DNA from: Moniliella sp. 'wahieum'
Lineage: Eukaryota
Assembly: GCA_003971905.1 (NCBI GenBank)
Contig: RSEE01000009.1
Coordinates: forward strand, 682,001-746,000
Direction: 5' to 3'
Length of the DNA stretch: 64,000 nt
In this document: positions 13,441 to 25,272 of the stretch, one piece after another
Layout of the letters: every line of letters starts with the position of its first letter
Numbering within the stretch: the stretch's first letter is position 1
Made by a program: the position numbers and the translations under genes
The notes under the pieces: model-generated
Seen by the model: only the letters and a program-made list of their open reading frames with translations
Database searches by the model: none
Told to the model about the DNA's origin: nothing

Positions 13441-14012
13441 CTTTGGTACTTGGGGATGGGGGGCTTCCAGCGGAGACTGGAATGGGAAGGGAGGATGCGA
13501 TCGTCCTTTGGCCCATTGGCTCCCCTACTAGGGGCGTGCTAGGCTCATCGGATGGGCTATGGCAGGCAACTGAGGACTGCAGGGAGGGGGCATTGGGGCT
13601 AGTACTGGCGATGCGTGAGTGGGCTTGGGCTTGGCGTCGATGGGAGGGAGAGGCATGGAGATGGACTGGAAGTCGGACGGTGTAGGCGGTAAGCCGCCGC
13701 AGGTAATAGGTTCGGCGTACGGCATATACGTGACGGATTGAGGGTGGGGGCATACACGCCAACAGGGACGGGAGCGCACAGAGAGGGGCAGGGAAACGGC
13801 GCCCACGTATGCTGATGGGGATCCAGATCGACGTGGGTAAGGGGCCTGCGGTGGTGGTGGCAATGGCAGTGGGCGCAGCAACCGAAGCCGTATAGTACGG
13901 GGGGGGGAGGAGGGGGGAGGTGGCGAAGAAATAACGGAGAAGGCGATGATGCAGTGGAAGTGTACCGACAGCTCGGCTGGCGTAGGTGGTGTGTGATGTG
14001 GGGGGCGAGGGA

Positions 14013-14250
14013 CCTGAGGCCTGAGGGCCTGAGGCACGTTATTGACCGCTGAGTCTCAGCGCTGCGCCGCGGAGCTGAGCCCCTCAGCTGAAACCGGGGC
14101 CCGCGATATACTCTGGTAGGCTATCGGGGGGAGTGCTCCGCCAGCGCAGCGCCAGTGTGTGACAGAGACGTGCACTGGCGCACTTGGCCACCCAATCAAA
14201 CCCCCAGGGCCCGTTCCACAGGCAACAGTAACTCTAGTAACTAGTAACAC
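14013..14250. repeat. TNA+palindrome heptamer cluster (cctgagg x3, gctnagc-type units, agtaact/ctag units)
   Basis: cctgagg cctgagg g cctgagg at 14013-14034; agtaactctagtaactagtaac at ~14227-14248. Confidence 0.7.
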
Positions 14251-16129
14251 TGATGTACTGGTGGCCCAGGGCTGCTGCGCTGCGTTGCAGGGCGGCCGTT
14301 TGCCGTGGAAGTGCGAGTCAAGATCTGAGACCCAACCTCAGCTTGAGAGGCCTGTCGAGAAACCAGTCGCTCCCTTCCAGCTCTCGTCAGTCTGCCCCGT
14401 CACTGCCATCGTCTATCGATATCTATTCCCGCCCTGAGGCCTGATCCATGGCTCATGCCCAGCGAACGCAAAAGGTCGAACGGTAACTCGAGACACACCA
14501 AATGCCCACCGCCCTGATTGCGCCCCATCATGCCCGTGCCGCCCACCACAGCCGAGAAGCTCGCGAGCTCCCACTCACGTGCCTTTCGCAACACTCTCCG
14601 GCTCGAGAAACCCACCCGGGATACTGTCACCCCATTTTCGCTCTTAAAAACAAAGATTTCCCACCCCCGTCTCACTCTTCCTTCTTTTTGCTCCCCCTCC
14701 ACCTAAATGGTGTGGTGGTTAGCCCCTCTCCCGGGGGAGCACGCATATATACTGAGAAGAGAGTAGAGTAATAGCTTTACGCACCCCAGCTGTTTCGCGT
14801 ATAGCTTCCGCGATGCATCATGCGTCTCAAACCCGCTTCCGTTGCTTTACCCCCCGTCTCGAGCTGAACAATCTGATTTGTTTGGGGAGAGATGCGGGGG
14901 AGTATTTAGTGTGCACATGACTATGTCCACTGTCGTCCGACCCTCTTTGGGCCCTATGTCTGCCAGGCTCCTCCTCTTGGAATAGAGCCACCAAAACAAC
15001 TCATCTCTTTCTCGGGAGCCCTGAATTATGGTCACGAGGGATCTGACCCCTCGGTCAACGTCAGAGTAGGACAAGAGAGTTGTCACCACACGTATATATA
15101 ACCCCGAGATGCCCGAGAATCATATGAGGAGAAACTCACAGTTTTGAGGACACAGGAGGAAGGGTGTACAGTATTCCTTTTACTACTCATGCGGGATATG
15201 TCGGTCGACTCAGTGGAAAAAGCAATGTGCTGATGGTTGGATTCGTTGTGATACTAGAGATCAGAGAACAAAAGGAAGGGGGGGAAGAAACCAAGAAAAA
15301 AGGCGGCGCAGTGAGCAGGAGCACGCCAGCCGCTGAGGCAAGCATGGGCCCATGTGATGCGTCTCACCGGAGATGACGCAAAGAGCGGCTACAAGTACCG
15401 AGAGCTCCAAAAGGGATGTGAAAGTGAGGCGTGGAGGAGACGCGCGCGATGATGGTGGAAGGGTCGGATCCACCAAACCAATACTTTAATTCCACACTCC
15501 GAGCTCTCTGGCTGAGCTTCGGACGGCCTTGGGCAATGGCAGTTGGGTGGTTTTTGGTGCGGTTTGTTGCTGTGACCCTTGCGGGTTCCAGTCGGTAGAC
15601 CAGGTTCCCTCGGTTCCAACATCTGTTTCCACGCTGCGGATATCGCTCAGCGTTGTGGCATGTCCCTGAGCCTGCATTCTCTCCTATGTACCTCACTGGC
15701 CCTGTGCCTAATAGTCCGGCCTCCTATTAGATGCCTCTGTAACATGTAACTAGACTCAACTGGGGCACCAATCCATCACCTTCTTCTCATCCTTCTGCCC
15801 ATCCGGCTCCCTAGGCCAACACTGTTGTCATCACCACTGTGGATCCCATAGCTACATGGATGAGTTCCATCTTGTGATTGGGGGCAGTAGTGCAAATTGC
15901 CGCCATCGCTGGCCATGAACAAATGAACTTCGAAAGAGAACCAAGTGTTCGACATGGCGTGCCGCCGGACGTACGCGGGGCAAGGCCGAGTTACGTCAGC
16001 GTTCGAAGCCTGTCCGACCAGCCCGGCCCGTCGTATCAGCAACGGACCACGACCTGCTCTACTTTTGCCGCCAGCCTCTTGTGTCCCAGAAATGCCGGCG
16101 GACCAACCTGCGCGCCGCCCGCGGCGGAT

Positions 16130-17023
16130 ATGGCGCCCGTCCAGTCCGTTCGCAACGCTCGTCCGCTCATCATTGGCCCCGCCTCGCCTGAACCCCCATT
16201 CCCCATCGTGCTCGAGGGCACAGTGGAGAATGGGTTTGGAAGGGGCGGCAAGGAGTTGGGCTGCCCAACTGCCAACTTGCCTCCCGCGGTGTTGGAAGAG
16301 GCAGAGAAGAAGCATGGGCTCACCACGACTGGCGTCTATTACGGCTGGGCGCGCGTCGTCATCACCCCTCCCGGAGCAACGGTACGCCCCTCCTCTTCAC
16401 CTCTCCTTACGTTGCGCACGCTGCCCAAACTGCGGCCCAGGTGCTAGCCTGCTTCATTGTCGGCGTCATACTCTGACACCCCCCCTCCCCCTCCTCGGCC
16501 ACGCGGGTCTTTGCTGGAAGGAACAGGAATGGGTCAAGGACAATGACCGTATTTGGCCCATGGTCATGAGCGTCGGTTTCAATCCTTTTACGGGAACAAG
16601 GTCAAGACCGCCGTACGTTCTTTATCCCTGTCGTTGTCCTTTGCCATTTATGTTTCTTGTTTGGCTAACGTGGAGCTTCTGCTATTTTTTCTCTTTTCTC
16701 TTTTGAAAACACAGGAGGTTCACATCATTCACAAGTACCCCAGGGACTTTTACGGTGCCACCGTTCGCTCCATTGTGTTGGGCTACATCCGCCCCGAGTT
16801 CAACTACACTTCGGTCGGTACGTAGCACCTTGTCTTCCCTTCTTCTCTATTTGCGTTGGTTTTCTCTCCCCACTCCCTTGGACTGGCAGAGAGGGGATGG
16901 ACTGAGAACTAACCCCCGTCCGACTGGGTAGACGATCTAATTGCCGACATTGAGACGGACAAGAAGGCTGCCATCAAGAGCTTGGACAGGCCGGGCTACC
17001 AGGCCTACCAATCCAAGATCTAA
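16130..17023 (+). CDS. FMN1: Riboflavin kinase (4 exons)
   Basis: [38 protein letters not shown](Y)GN (one T missing in a T-run), [34 protein letters not shown]. Introns at about 16382-16520, 16613-16714 and 16818-16931. TAA at 17021-17023. Confidence 0.95.
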
Positions 17024-17699
17024 GCCTACCTTGTCTCTTTTCCATCCGACCCCATCGCGAGGGGTTCGACTCGGTGGATGGTGGATGGCGACGATGCATG
17101 CTGGTTGGTGTCCTAATTTAATCGCTCCCGCCTCGGTCACCTCGGTGATAAAATGATTGCATTTGCCCTAGTACCAGACAGCTTTTCCCAGATGGTCGAT
17201 GACAGATGAGGTCGATGAGACTGATAACGACCAGAACGGTAAATGAGAACGTTTTCACCTTTCGATGTCAGCCTGTTAGAAGGCTCCCATGTCCGCCGAC
17301 GAACGTCGACGCGGGCACCGCCGGACACGTACTGCGGTGCGTTGGCGTAACCCGGTCCGGCCTTTCAAGCCAACTTTGAAAGTCGGCATTAGGCTTCCGT
17401 TCGAATTTACCCCGCTCCGCTTAAGCTTGATCCCGCGGGCTGGCATCATGCGTCCCGGCCGCGTTGCTCCATTTCCGTCGGAGCGGCATTTCGAATCTCC
17501 CACCGGCCGACGTCTGTCCCACGGCCACGGCCACCGCTTCCGAACCCCGCTCCACACCGCTCTGCCGTGAGGGAACGGAGGGATGGGTACAGTTGGGTAG
17601 GACCTTGTCTATGTGGGAGGTGGGGGGGGCATGGGGGGCTGTATATACGAGATTCAAAAGGCAAGGCCAGAAGCCGACTATACGCAAGCTCCTGAGCAA

Positions 17700-20600
17700 C
17701 AGAACACAAAATGATTTGGAAGCTGTTGCGGTCCACATGAACAGGAACGAGCACAGAGAAGGTATATGGGCGTGCCCGCCAGCGCCACAACCAGGTCTCC
17801 AGGGACAGAGGGGATGGGCGAGACACGTTGGCCCACCATGGCTCCACGGCAGAGGGCAGGGTTAGCGAGAGGGCGGCTGGGCCAGTCGGCGATGACACGC
17901 ATCGACGGCTCGCACAGTGCGCGGGTGGGCAGATGCGTACTGGCGCGAAGCTGGGCCAGACGACGCAGTCGCGCGGTGGCGCTGGCGCGGATTCTGGTCA
18001 GTCCACCCGCGGCTTCCGGGCGCAGGGGGGCTGCGGGCCATCCTGAGGTTTCCGTCCCAGCACGAGTGGGAGCCGAGCAGGAACCTGGCAGGAGATTGGG
18101 CTGCGGGCCCATCCGGATGGGTGCCGTCCCAGTGCGGGTGGGGCCCGAGCAAGGACCTGGGCAGGAGATTGAGCAAGACTTGACAGAAGATTGAGCAGAA
18201 GGCTGGGCAGAAAGCTGGGCAGAAAGCTGGGCAGAAGGCTGGACAGGAGGGTGGAGAGCAGAGGGATCTGGCTTGGCCAGCGACAGCGGGCAGGGCCACT
18301 CGTCTCGCCGCCCGTCTCGCCACCCGCCCCGCCGCGAGTCTCGTTGCGAGTCTCGTTGCGAATCTCGCTGCGAGTCGCAACGTGATCCAGGGTGGGCGAT
18401 AGAACGATCGGTGCGGAACCGTCGCGGATTGACGCCACGCTGGGTCAGGTAAGGCAGGTCGGCCCGGCGGAGCTCTGGGCGGAGCCTGGACGAAGCTTTG
18501 GACGAAGTTTGGACGAAGCTCTGAACGAAGCTCTGGGCGGAGCTTGCCCTGGAGCTTGCCCTTTCGCTTTCTTGGAGCTTGTCGAGGAGTTTCCGGGGAG
18601 CTTGTCGAGGTGCCGACGAGCAGGGGCAGCTGGGGCGGTGGGAGCTTGGTGCTGGAACAGGGGCCGAGCATGGGGCCCCGTGTGAGTGGAGGGGACAAAG
18701 AGCAGTCGGCGCGGGGGCGGTTGGAGTGAACGGGCCGCAAGCGGTCCGCGAGCGGCAGCCCGAGGCTGGAGCGGTACGACTGGACGCGGCAGCTGGGATG
18801 CGGGGAGAGGTGCAGCGTGGGCGGGTAGGGGGAGGGAGAGAAGAGGAGGGGGAGGGGAAGGGCGAGGTGGAAGGCGAAGAAGGCGAGGGGAGGGGCGAGA
18901 CGTTTGCCCAGGACCGAGGCAGACGGGGCGCCATGCGCTGGCACCGGGTCGGGATGCTGGACCTGCGGTCGGGGCAAGGCAGGCGGGGGGGGGGCACGTG
19001 CGCCGAGGCGAGGAGCAGGAGCGGGGAGCGGGTTCCAGTTCGTGGGGAGGAAAGAGAGCGAGCTGGAGAAGGTTGTCGGTGCGCTCGACGCGGGTCGTCG
19101 TGCGCCTGGGGCAGAGGTCTCTTGCGAAGGGGCGGCATGCGCGCCCAGGCGCGTCGCGAGGCGGAACGAGGCTCGGATGAGACGCCGCGGCCGGGCTGGA
19201 GGCGGAGCGGGACCCTTGGGTGCTCCGCTCAGGCCTCTGCCTGGGTAGCTTCGGGCGGGCGGCGGCGTGTCGAACTCAAATGACGATCCTTGTACCGAGA
19301 CTGGGGACGGGAGGGAGGAAAACTGCCTGCGAAGCGGTTGAAGGGAGCAGGTCCAAAGGTGGGGTACTCGATGCTGGGTGAAAGTCGCTTGGCGCGCAAG
19401 CCGTTCGCGGGCGGGGGCGGAGGCAGGGGCGGGGCAGGGGGGCGGGTTGGAGATTGAGAGGGGCGTCGATGAGAATGAGAAAGGGGAGGTCATCTGGATG
19501 CTGATTGGCTTGGCGTAGTGTGGCAGGGGGAACAGCAGCGGCTGGTACGTCGGTCGGCAGATGCCGTCGCTGGGCCCGGGAAGATCGAGAAGTTGAGGCG
19601 GTGGCGGGTGCTTGGACGGAGGAGCCGGGCGCAGGGAGGTGGACCGACGGGTCCGAGAGGGAGGCATAGTGACGGAAAGCGAAGACGGCTCGGGGAGATG
19701 CAAAGAAGAGTCGGTGCTGTCGAGACCGCGGGAGCGCGCTTGGGCGAAGGAACGGGGCCTTGCGAGGCGCTGGGACGGGGCATAGCTTGGCCCGGCGGCG
19801 GCATGGACAAGCTTTCATCCAACCGGAGCGAGCGGCTGGGTTGGGGCGCAGCAGGTGCAGAGGCCGACGGCACAATACTGGGCCCAATGCTAGGCACAAG
19901 GCTGGGCTGGGAGACCAGCGCCGATCTGAGGAGGACAGGGAGGAGCGTAGCAGCTGGGACACCAACGACGGTGGAAGAGAGAGGATGCTAGGCGGAGGCG
20001 GGGCGCCGGGCAGGGCTTTTCCTGGCTCGGCTCGGCGCTGGACAAGGAGGATTCGGATGCCAAAACGTCATCTCCATGGCAGCGGCCAGAGGAGACAAAG
20101 GAAGGGTTGGAGGAAGCCGGGTGAGCCGACGCAGCGCCAGCGGGAATGGGTGTGGGAGCCAGAGCGCCACCTTCAGAGGAGCAAGGGCATGGCCAGACCC
20201 AGAATCCGGATGAGCGGTAGTAGCATTGGCAGCGGCGGCAGTGGCAGCAGCCGGAAGTGCCTCTTTGGCCAGGCTTGCACGGTCCGCGCTAGATGCTTCG
20301 CCTCTCTCTACCTCCGGTCCTGACGAAGCAACGGGGAACGCAAGCGGGTTAAAGAAGAGCGGAGCTGGGTTCTCAGTCAAGGGGTTCAGGCTGCGTTGGT
20401 CGGCGGCGGGTTGGACCCAGGGGCGCGGGACTGGGTTACGAAGGAAGAGGAGCGACGTCCCTTTTTGCGTTTGCCACGGTGAGGACGACGGCGTTTGGAA
20501 GAGGGAGGGACGTCGTTCTGGCTCGAAAGCGACGCGTGAAGGAGAGAAAGCAGGCCGGGCGCTCCACTGGACGTGGTGGTGGAGGGAGCAAAGAGATGGT

Positions 20601-21395
20601 GGACACGGTGGTAGCCTGCTGCTGGGCAGCCAGGAGGCGACGTTGATGAGCGAAAAAGGCGGTAAGACGTTCACGCACCAACCGATTCGCTTCCTGCTCT
20701 TCGCCCATGGACCAAAGCCACCTGGAGCCAGTCCAAAACGCTTCTTCCCCCGCGCCGCCTAGGTAGCGGAATTTGTCGCAGTGCACGACGAGCGTGCGCC
20801 GATCTCGGCGTGGGTGGGTGCATGGTCGGGCTCGGCCATCAGCAGATGAGCAGGGAGGGGGAAAACCTGTTTGCCTGTAGGAACCGCTGCGCCTCGATCG
20901 GCGGTTGGCCCAGCTCGACCCTCACACTGGACAAAACTAGGATGGCACCTCGCAGAGACGAGACGGTGCGGACGGGGTTGCCGAGCGCACGCCGATGGCT
21001 TGCGGCGCAGGGTTCGGTCAGCGGAGGGCGGACAAGGAGACGGGGAGACGGGGCCTGGCAATGGGCAAGCAAGGGACGTACCGATGGAATTCGGCCACAG
21101 CTGTGGCGGTCAAGTGGACCACCACCATGGCTTCGGGGTCGGACGCGACCAACCAGAAGGGCTCCTCCTTGTCGGGAAGGCCCATGGCAAACGTGAGAAA
21201 GCGGAAGACCTGGACCAATCCGCCCCCGATCGAGGCGAGCGCGTCGGGGCCCTCCCGTGGACGCTTGGTCAGGCCGGCAGAGCAGGGGGGCGGCTTGGCT
21301 AGTTCCGGGCCGTTGTCCGGATGCGCGGCGACCGCCAGCTCGTAGCCGCGGGGGAGAAGGCGCTCGCGCAGCCACGGACGCACATGGACGCTCAT
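17700..21395 (-). CDS. Probable shelterin TPP1/Tpz1 (Est3/TPP1 OB-fold) protein with long low-complexity C-terminal region
   Basis: N-terminus MSVHVRPWLRERLL...LVQVFRFLTF...FWLVASDPEAMVVVHLTATAVAEFHR. In-frame intron 20999-21081 (GTACGT..CTGAC..AAG) leads into RTVSSLRGAILVLSSVRV. This matches the pattern PW(I/L)..VQ..F..SD....V..T..A...F..L.GA of TPP1/Tpz1 OB folds. 3' end approximate. Confidence 0.55.
18193..18560. repeat. Coding 12-bp tandem repeats within the TPP1-like gene
   Basis: (gcagaaagctgg)-type at ~18193-18245, (gcgagtctcgtt)-type at ~18334-18378 and (gacgaagctttg)-type at ~18489-18535. Confidence 0.7.
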
Positions 21396-22399
21396 GAGGA
21401 AGGCGACGGGCGCAGGGAGGGTGCGGGTGCGAGTGCGGATGCGGGTGCGCGTGCGCGTGGGAGGGCGGGTGGGGAAGACGACGACGCAGAGGGCGGGGAC
21501 GCGTCGAGAAGGCGCCAGGCGCGGGTGGCTGCCAGTCCGATCATCGACCATCGCGCCTCGCTCATCGCTCCTCGGCCCTCGCGCATCGATCACGTGTGGT
21601 CACGTGCCAGGACCGAGCGCGTCGCAAATGAAATCTTGCAGCCCGCGTGGATCTGGCACTTGGGGCGTTACTAATCCCCCGTCCAGCCGCGCCTCTCAGA
21701 TCTCACTGCGTATGCGCGACACGAAGCAAGCTACAGGAGGCTAGGCGGTAGCCAGTGTCGCATCTGCCTCTACACCATCCCATCCCACCTGAGCGTCGGA
21801 GAGCCGCGGTCCAGGAGCCACGCAAGAGTCGAACATGCCTTCACTGAAAGAACGACACAAGAAAACAAGCACACCAGGAGCCAAGGGAGGGGAAGAGGGA
21901 GGAGAGAGGGAAAGGAAAGGAGGTAACACGCAATGAAAAAAGGGGAAGCACGCGCGCGCGGGAGGGGGGAAAACAGAGGTGGACCTGCGCTAGCCGTGGT
22001 ATGCAGTAGCAGCGATCTATCCACTGCTGTCGTGAGGTGCGCGCCGTCACAAAAGTCAAAACAAAAAAAGAGAGAAGACCCAACAAAAAGTAGCTTGAAG
22101 GTGAAGAGAAAGAGGCTTGCAACTAGCAAACGACCAACGAGACGACAAAAAACGACCGTGGCGTATCAAGCAACGAGAAACGCGACACATCCACCGCCCA
22201 ACAGAGTACACAGCGCAGTGGGGAGCAACCTCAGGGAAAAAAAACAAAACAAAAGAAACAAGCAACGACCGTGCCAGGGGAGGAAGAAGGACCCAGGTCG
22301 AAGGTGGGAGGCGGGGGCGCCAGCCGTCCATAGCGCATGGTATGGGAAACACGAGGAAAAGGTGGGGGTTGGGGGATTAAAGGAGAGAGCAAAAGAGGA

Positions 22400-24203
22400 T
22401 GGGAGAGCCGGAAGAGGCCCGTTACCAAGACAAGCCACTGCCCCGGGCGTGTCTGCCCTGCGGGCAGAGCGGGAAGAAGAAAGAGTTGAAGAGGTGTAGG
22501 TATCGCTTAGCTTGCCGCACGCGGAAGCGGGCAGGCTGTTGAGGTAGGCTGAGGTCGATTGGCCGGCGGCCAAGGGAGGGATGGCACCAACAGCAACTGG
22601 TCAAGGAAAGAGTAGAGGGTTTGGGATGGGTTGGGCAGTGCCAAGATGGGCTGGGTCGAGTGGCCATCTTAAAGTTCCAGAAGAAGGAACCAGCGCTGGC
22701 GGCGTAGGCGTTGACTTGGGTGGAAAAGTAGTTTTGGTTCCAGGTCAAGTCGTTCAGGCCCGAGATGAGCGAATATTGTCTTGGCCATGGGCACGGGGAA
22801 GCCGTCGTAACTTGTAACCGTGGCGCACACCCTCGAGTTGATCAAGGTTTGGTTGCTGACGCTAGGGAACCAGCCGGGGTAGGGGTTGTCGTTGATGACC
22901 AGCATCGACGCATTCTTGCCCGTCGCAAATGCCTTCCAGTGCTGGCTGGCTTGGGAGCAAAGCCATGGTGGAAGAACATGCTGTATCCGGCCTTCTGCAA
23001 GGTGGCGTACGAGCGCTCATAGAAGGCTTCGGTCACGTTAAGGTTGTTGCCCTGGCTGGCGTAGTATACGCCGTTGGGCTCATTGACGGGCGAGATGGCG
23101 CTGATGACCGACTTGTACGGGTGTACGAGAGCAATCACAAGCGGCTCAGCGGTTGGTCAGACCGGTCTTGGTTTCCTGGGTCCACCAGGCTGGTGCGGTA
23201 TGTTTCGGCCAGTCGATGGTCCCAGACTGCGATCAAAGATCAAATGGAATAAGGGCATTACGCGTCAGAAGACAGTCACAGGCCAGATTCTATAGACACT
23301 GGGAGAGGAGGGAGGGAGAAGGAAAGGGTACCAACCTGAGATCCCGGCATGCCATGCAGGTCGATCAACGCATACATCTGGCGCTTCCATAGCCACCCAA
23401 GCATGCGGGTGAGGTGGTACAGTTGGGTGGAGTTGACGTATGGTTCGTCGTTGGCCAGGGGAATAAAGGGCCAAAAGCCAATGGGGATGCGGACATTGTT
23501 AACACCGTGGCGGTAGAGCGTTTCAATGTCGGCCTCTGTAACCCAGCTGTCGTAGCGCTCGCTCAGCACCTGGGATGCCTGAGAACCGACAGTTTGGGTG
23601 AAATGCCACTCGTCGTAGTCGTTGGGGGCATGCTGGGTGAACCAGTCCTCGTCCATCCACCGTTCCAGGATCAGCCATCCCCGAGACTGACACCGAGCGC
23701 CTTTCTGCTGCTGTCAGCCCAGTCCCAGAAGGGCAGCGGGGTGATTTTGGAGGGATCATTGCCGCTGCTGTCGACATTACTGCCCGTGGGGGCTTGGCCA
23801 TCGCCGCTGGAAGAGGTGCTGCCGGTATGGACGGAGGAAGGCGTGGAAGCAGACTTGTCCGAATGGTGGCCATGCAGGCCGACACCCAGACCGGCACCTA
23901 GGCCGACGCCAAGGGCGACAAGCACGGCTGCCGCGACAAGGGCAATGAGCTTCTTGTGGGAGCCAAGCGACGGGGTGCGCTTGGCGGCGCCGGCGCCTGG
24001 GAGGGAGGCGTAGGGAGTGTGGTGGGCAGGAGCAGACGCACTGGCGTCGTGGTAGCCAGCGGATCGGTGTGTGGTGAGGGCCTGCTGGCTGGCGCCGGGC
24101 AGATGGAGGGCGAGTCGGAGGCGCCAAACTCCAAGCTGGCGTTGGGGTGGCCCAGGTCGGGCTTGGCGAGACCCGGGGCCGGGAGCGACTGGGTGGAGGC
24201 CAT
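22400..24203 (-). CDS. Glycoside hydrolase family 5 (exo-beta-1,3-glucanase-like) with N-terminal membrane anchor
   Basis: Hydrophobic segment (AVLVALGVGLGAGLGVGL), then GVSLG.WL.LERWM, DEWHFTQ, YDSWVTEADI, NVRIPIGFW, ALIDLHGMPGSQ, acid/base motif VNEP and GSFFWNFK. The nucleophile Glu region (~22775) is hit by an indel. 3' end approximate. Confidence 0.9.
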
Positions 24204-24281
24204 GGGGTTAGGCAAAATGAGTGTGGTGGCGCCGGGAAGAAGGGGGCGGCAGGAAGGGGCTGTGGGGGGAGGGGGGGATGT

Positions 24282-24362
24282 GGGGACGATGGGGACGATG
24301 GGGACGATGGGGACGATGGGGACGATGGGGACGATGGGGACGATGGGGACGATGGGGACGGT
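24282..24362. repeat. 9-bp tandem repeat (GGGGACGAT)x8 plus one variant unit
   Basis: Eight perfect units at 24282-24353 and GGGGACGGT at 24354-24362, ~80 bp upstream of the GH5 ATG. Confidence 0.95.
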
Positions 24363-25225
24363 GGGCTAGGGAGGCTACGTGGGATGCGGATGAGCAGGCG
24401 GCGAGGGCAGGCCAGCGGGTGGGGGAGGCAATATGCTTTGGAAGCGGCCAGCAGGACGCGCAAGCCAAGGGTAGCGCCCAGGCTGCGCGCAGCAAGGCGG
24501 CCACTGCGCCACTGCCTGGCGCTGCCGCCTGGGGGTTGGATGCGCCCCAGTGCGCAGCCAGGCGCGCGTGGCGGGCCAGGGTGCTTCGGAGTCGGCCGTC
24601 CATATACTGGTGCACGGAGGCGTGCTGTGGCGGGCGCTCAGCTGAGCAGGCCAGGGTGCTGGGTGCTGCGTATGAGCTGCTTATTCTACGTCGCAGACGC
24701 TTCTGTCGCCCACCGAAGCACGCCGGCGGCCACACCAGGTGCGCAACGGCACAACGTATCCATCGTCTCGATCAGCCTCTGCCTCGGCAGCAGGCCAGCC
24801 GCTGTTCCTAGCCCAGCGCAGGCAGCCAGGCCAGGCCGTCAGGCAGGCTAGCAGGCCTAGCCAGCCAGCTCTACATGGCAAGCAGCCCGCCTCGCCACAA
24901 GAATGTACCCAACGCTGGAAGCGTTGACCGAGTACGACTCGGCAGTCCCCACTTGTGCCCAGCTACACTCCGTCCAATCCATCCGCACCTCCCCACGACC
25001 ATGCCCACTTTCTGACATGCGACGCCAGACCACGCATGGTGGCTGATGCGGCCGTGATCGACGGGATGCATGATGGAGGGTCTGACTAGCACCATTCGCG
25101 CGCGCGTGGGGTGCCGGTGGCAGGTGACATGGCACATGGGAGGCAGTGCAGGGGCAGTGTGGGTGGGCTGGCGGCGTAGGGGCAGTGGAAGAGCGCCGGC
25201 AGGGGTCCACCTGGGTCCACCCCGA

Positions 25226-25272
25226 GCATGGCATGCATCATGCACCATGCATCGTGCATCATGCATCGTGCG
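25226..25272. repeat. Degenerate (TCA+TGCA) heptamer array
   Basis: gcatgcatcatgcaccatgcatcgtgcatcatgcatcgtgc, 7-bp period. Confidence 0.75.
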
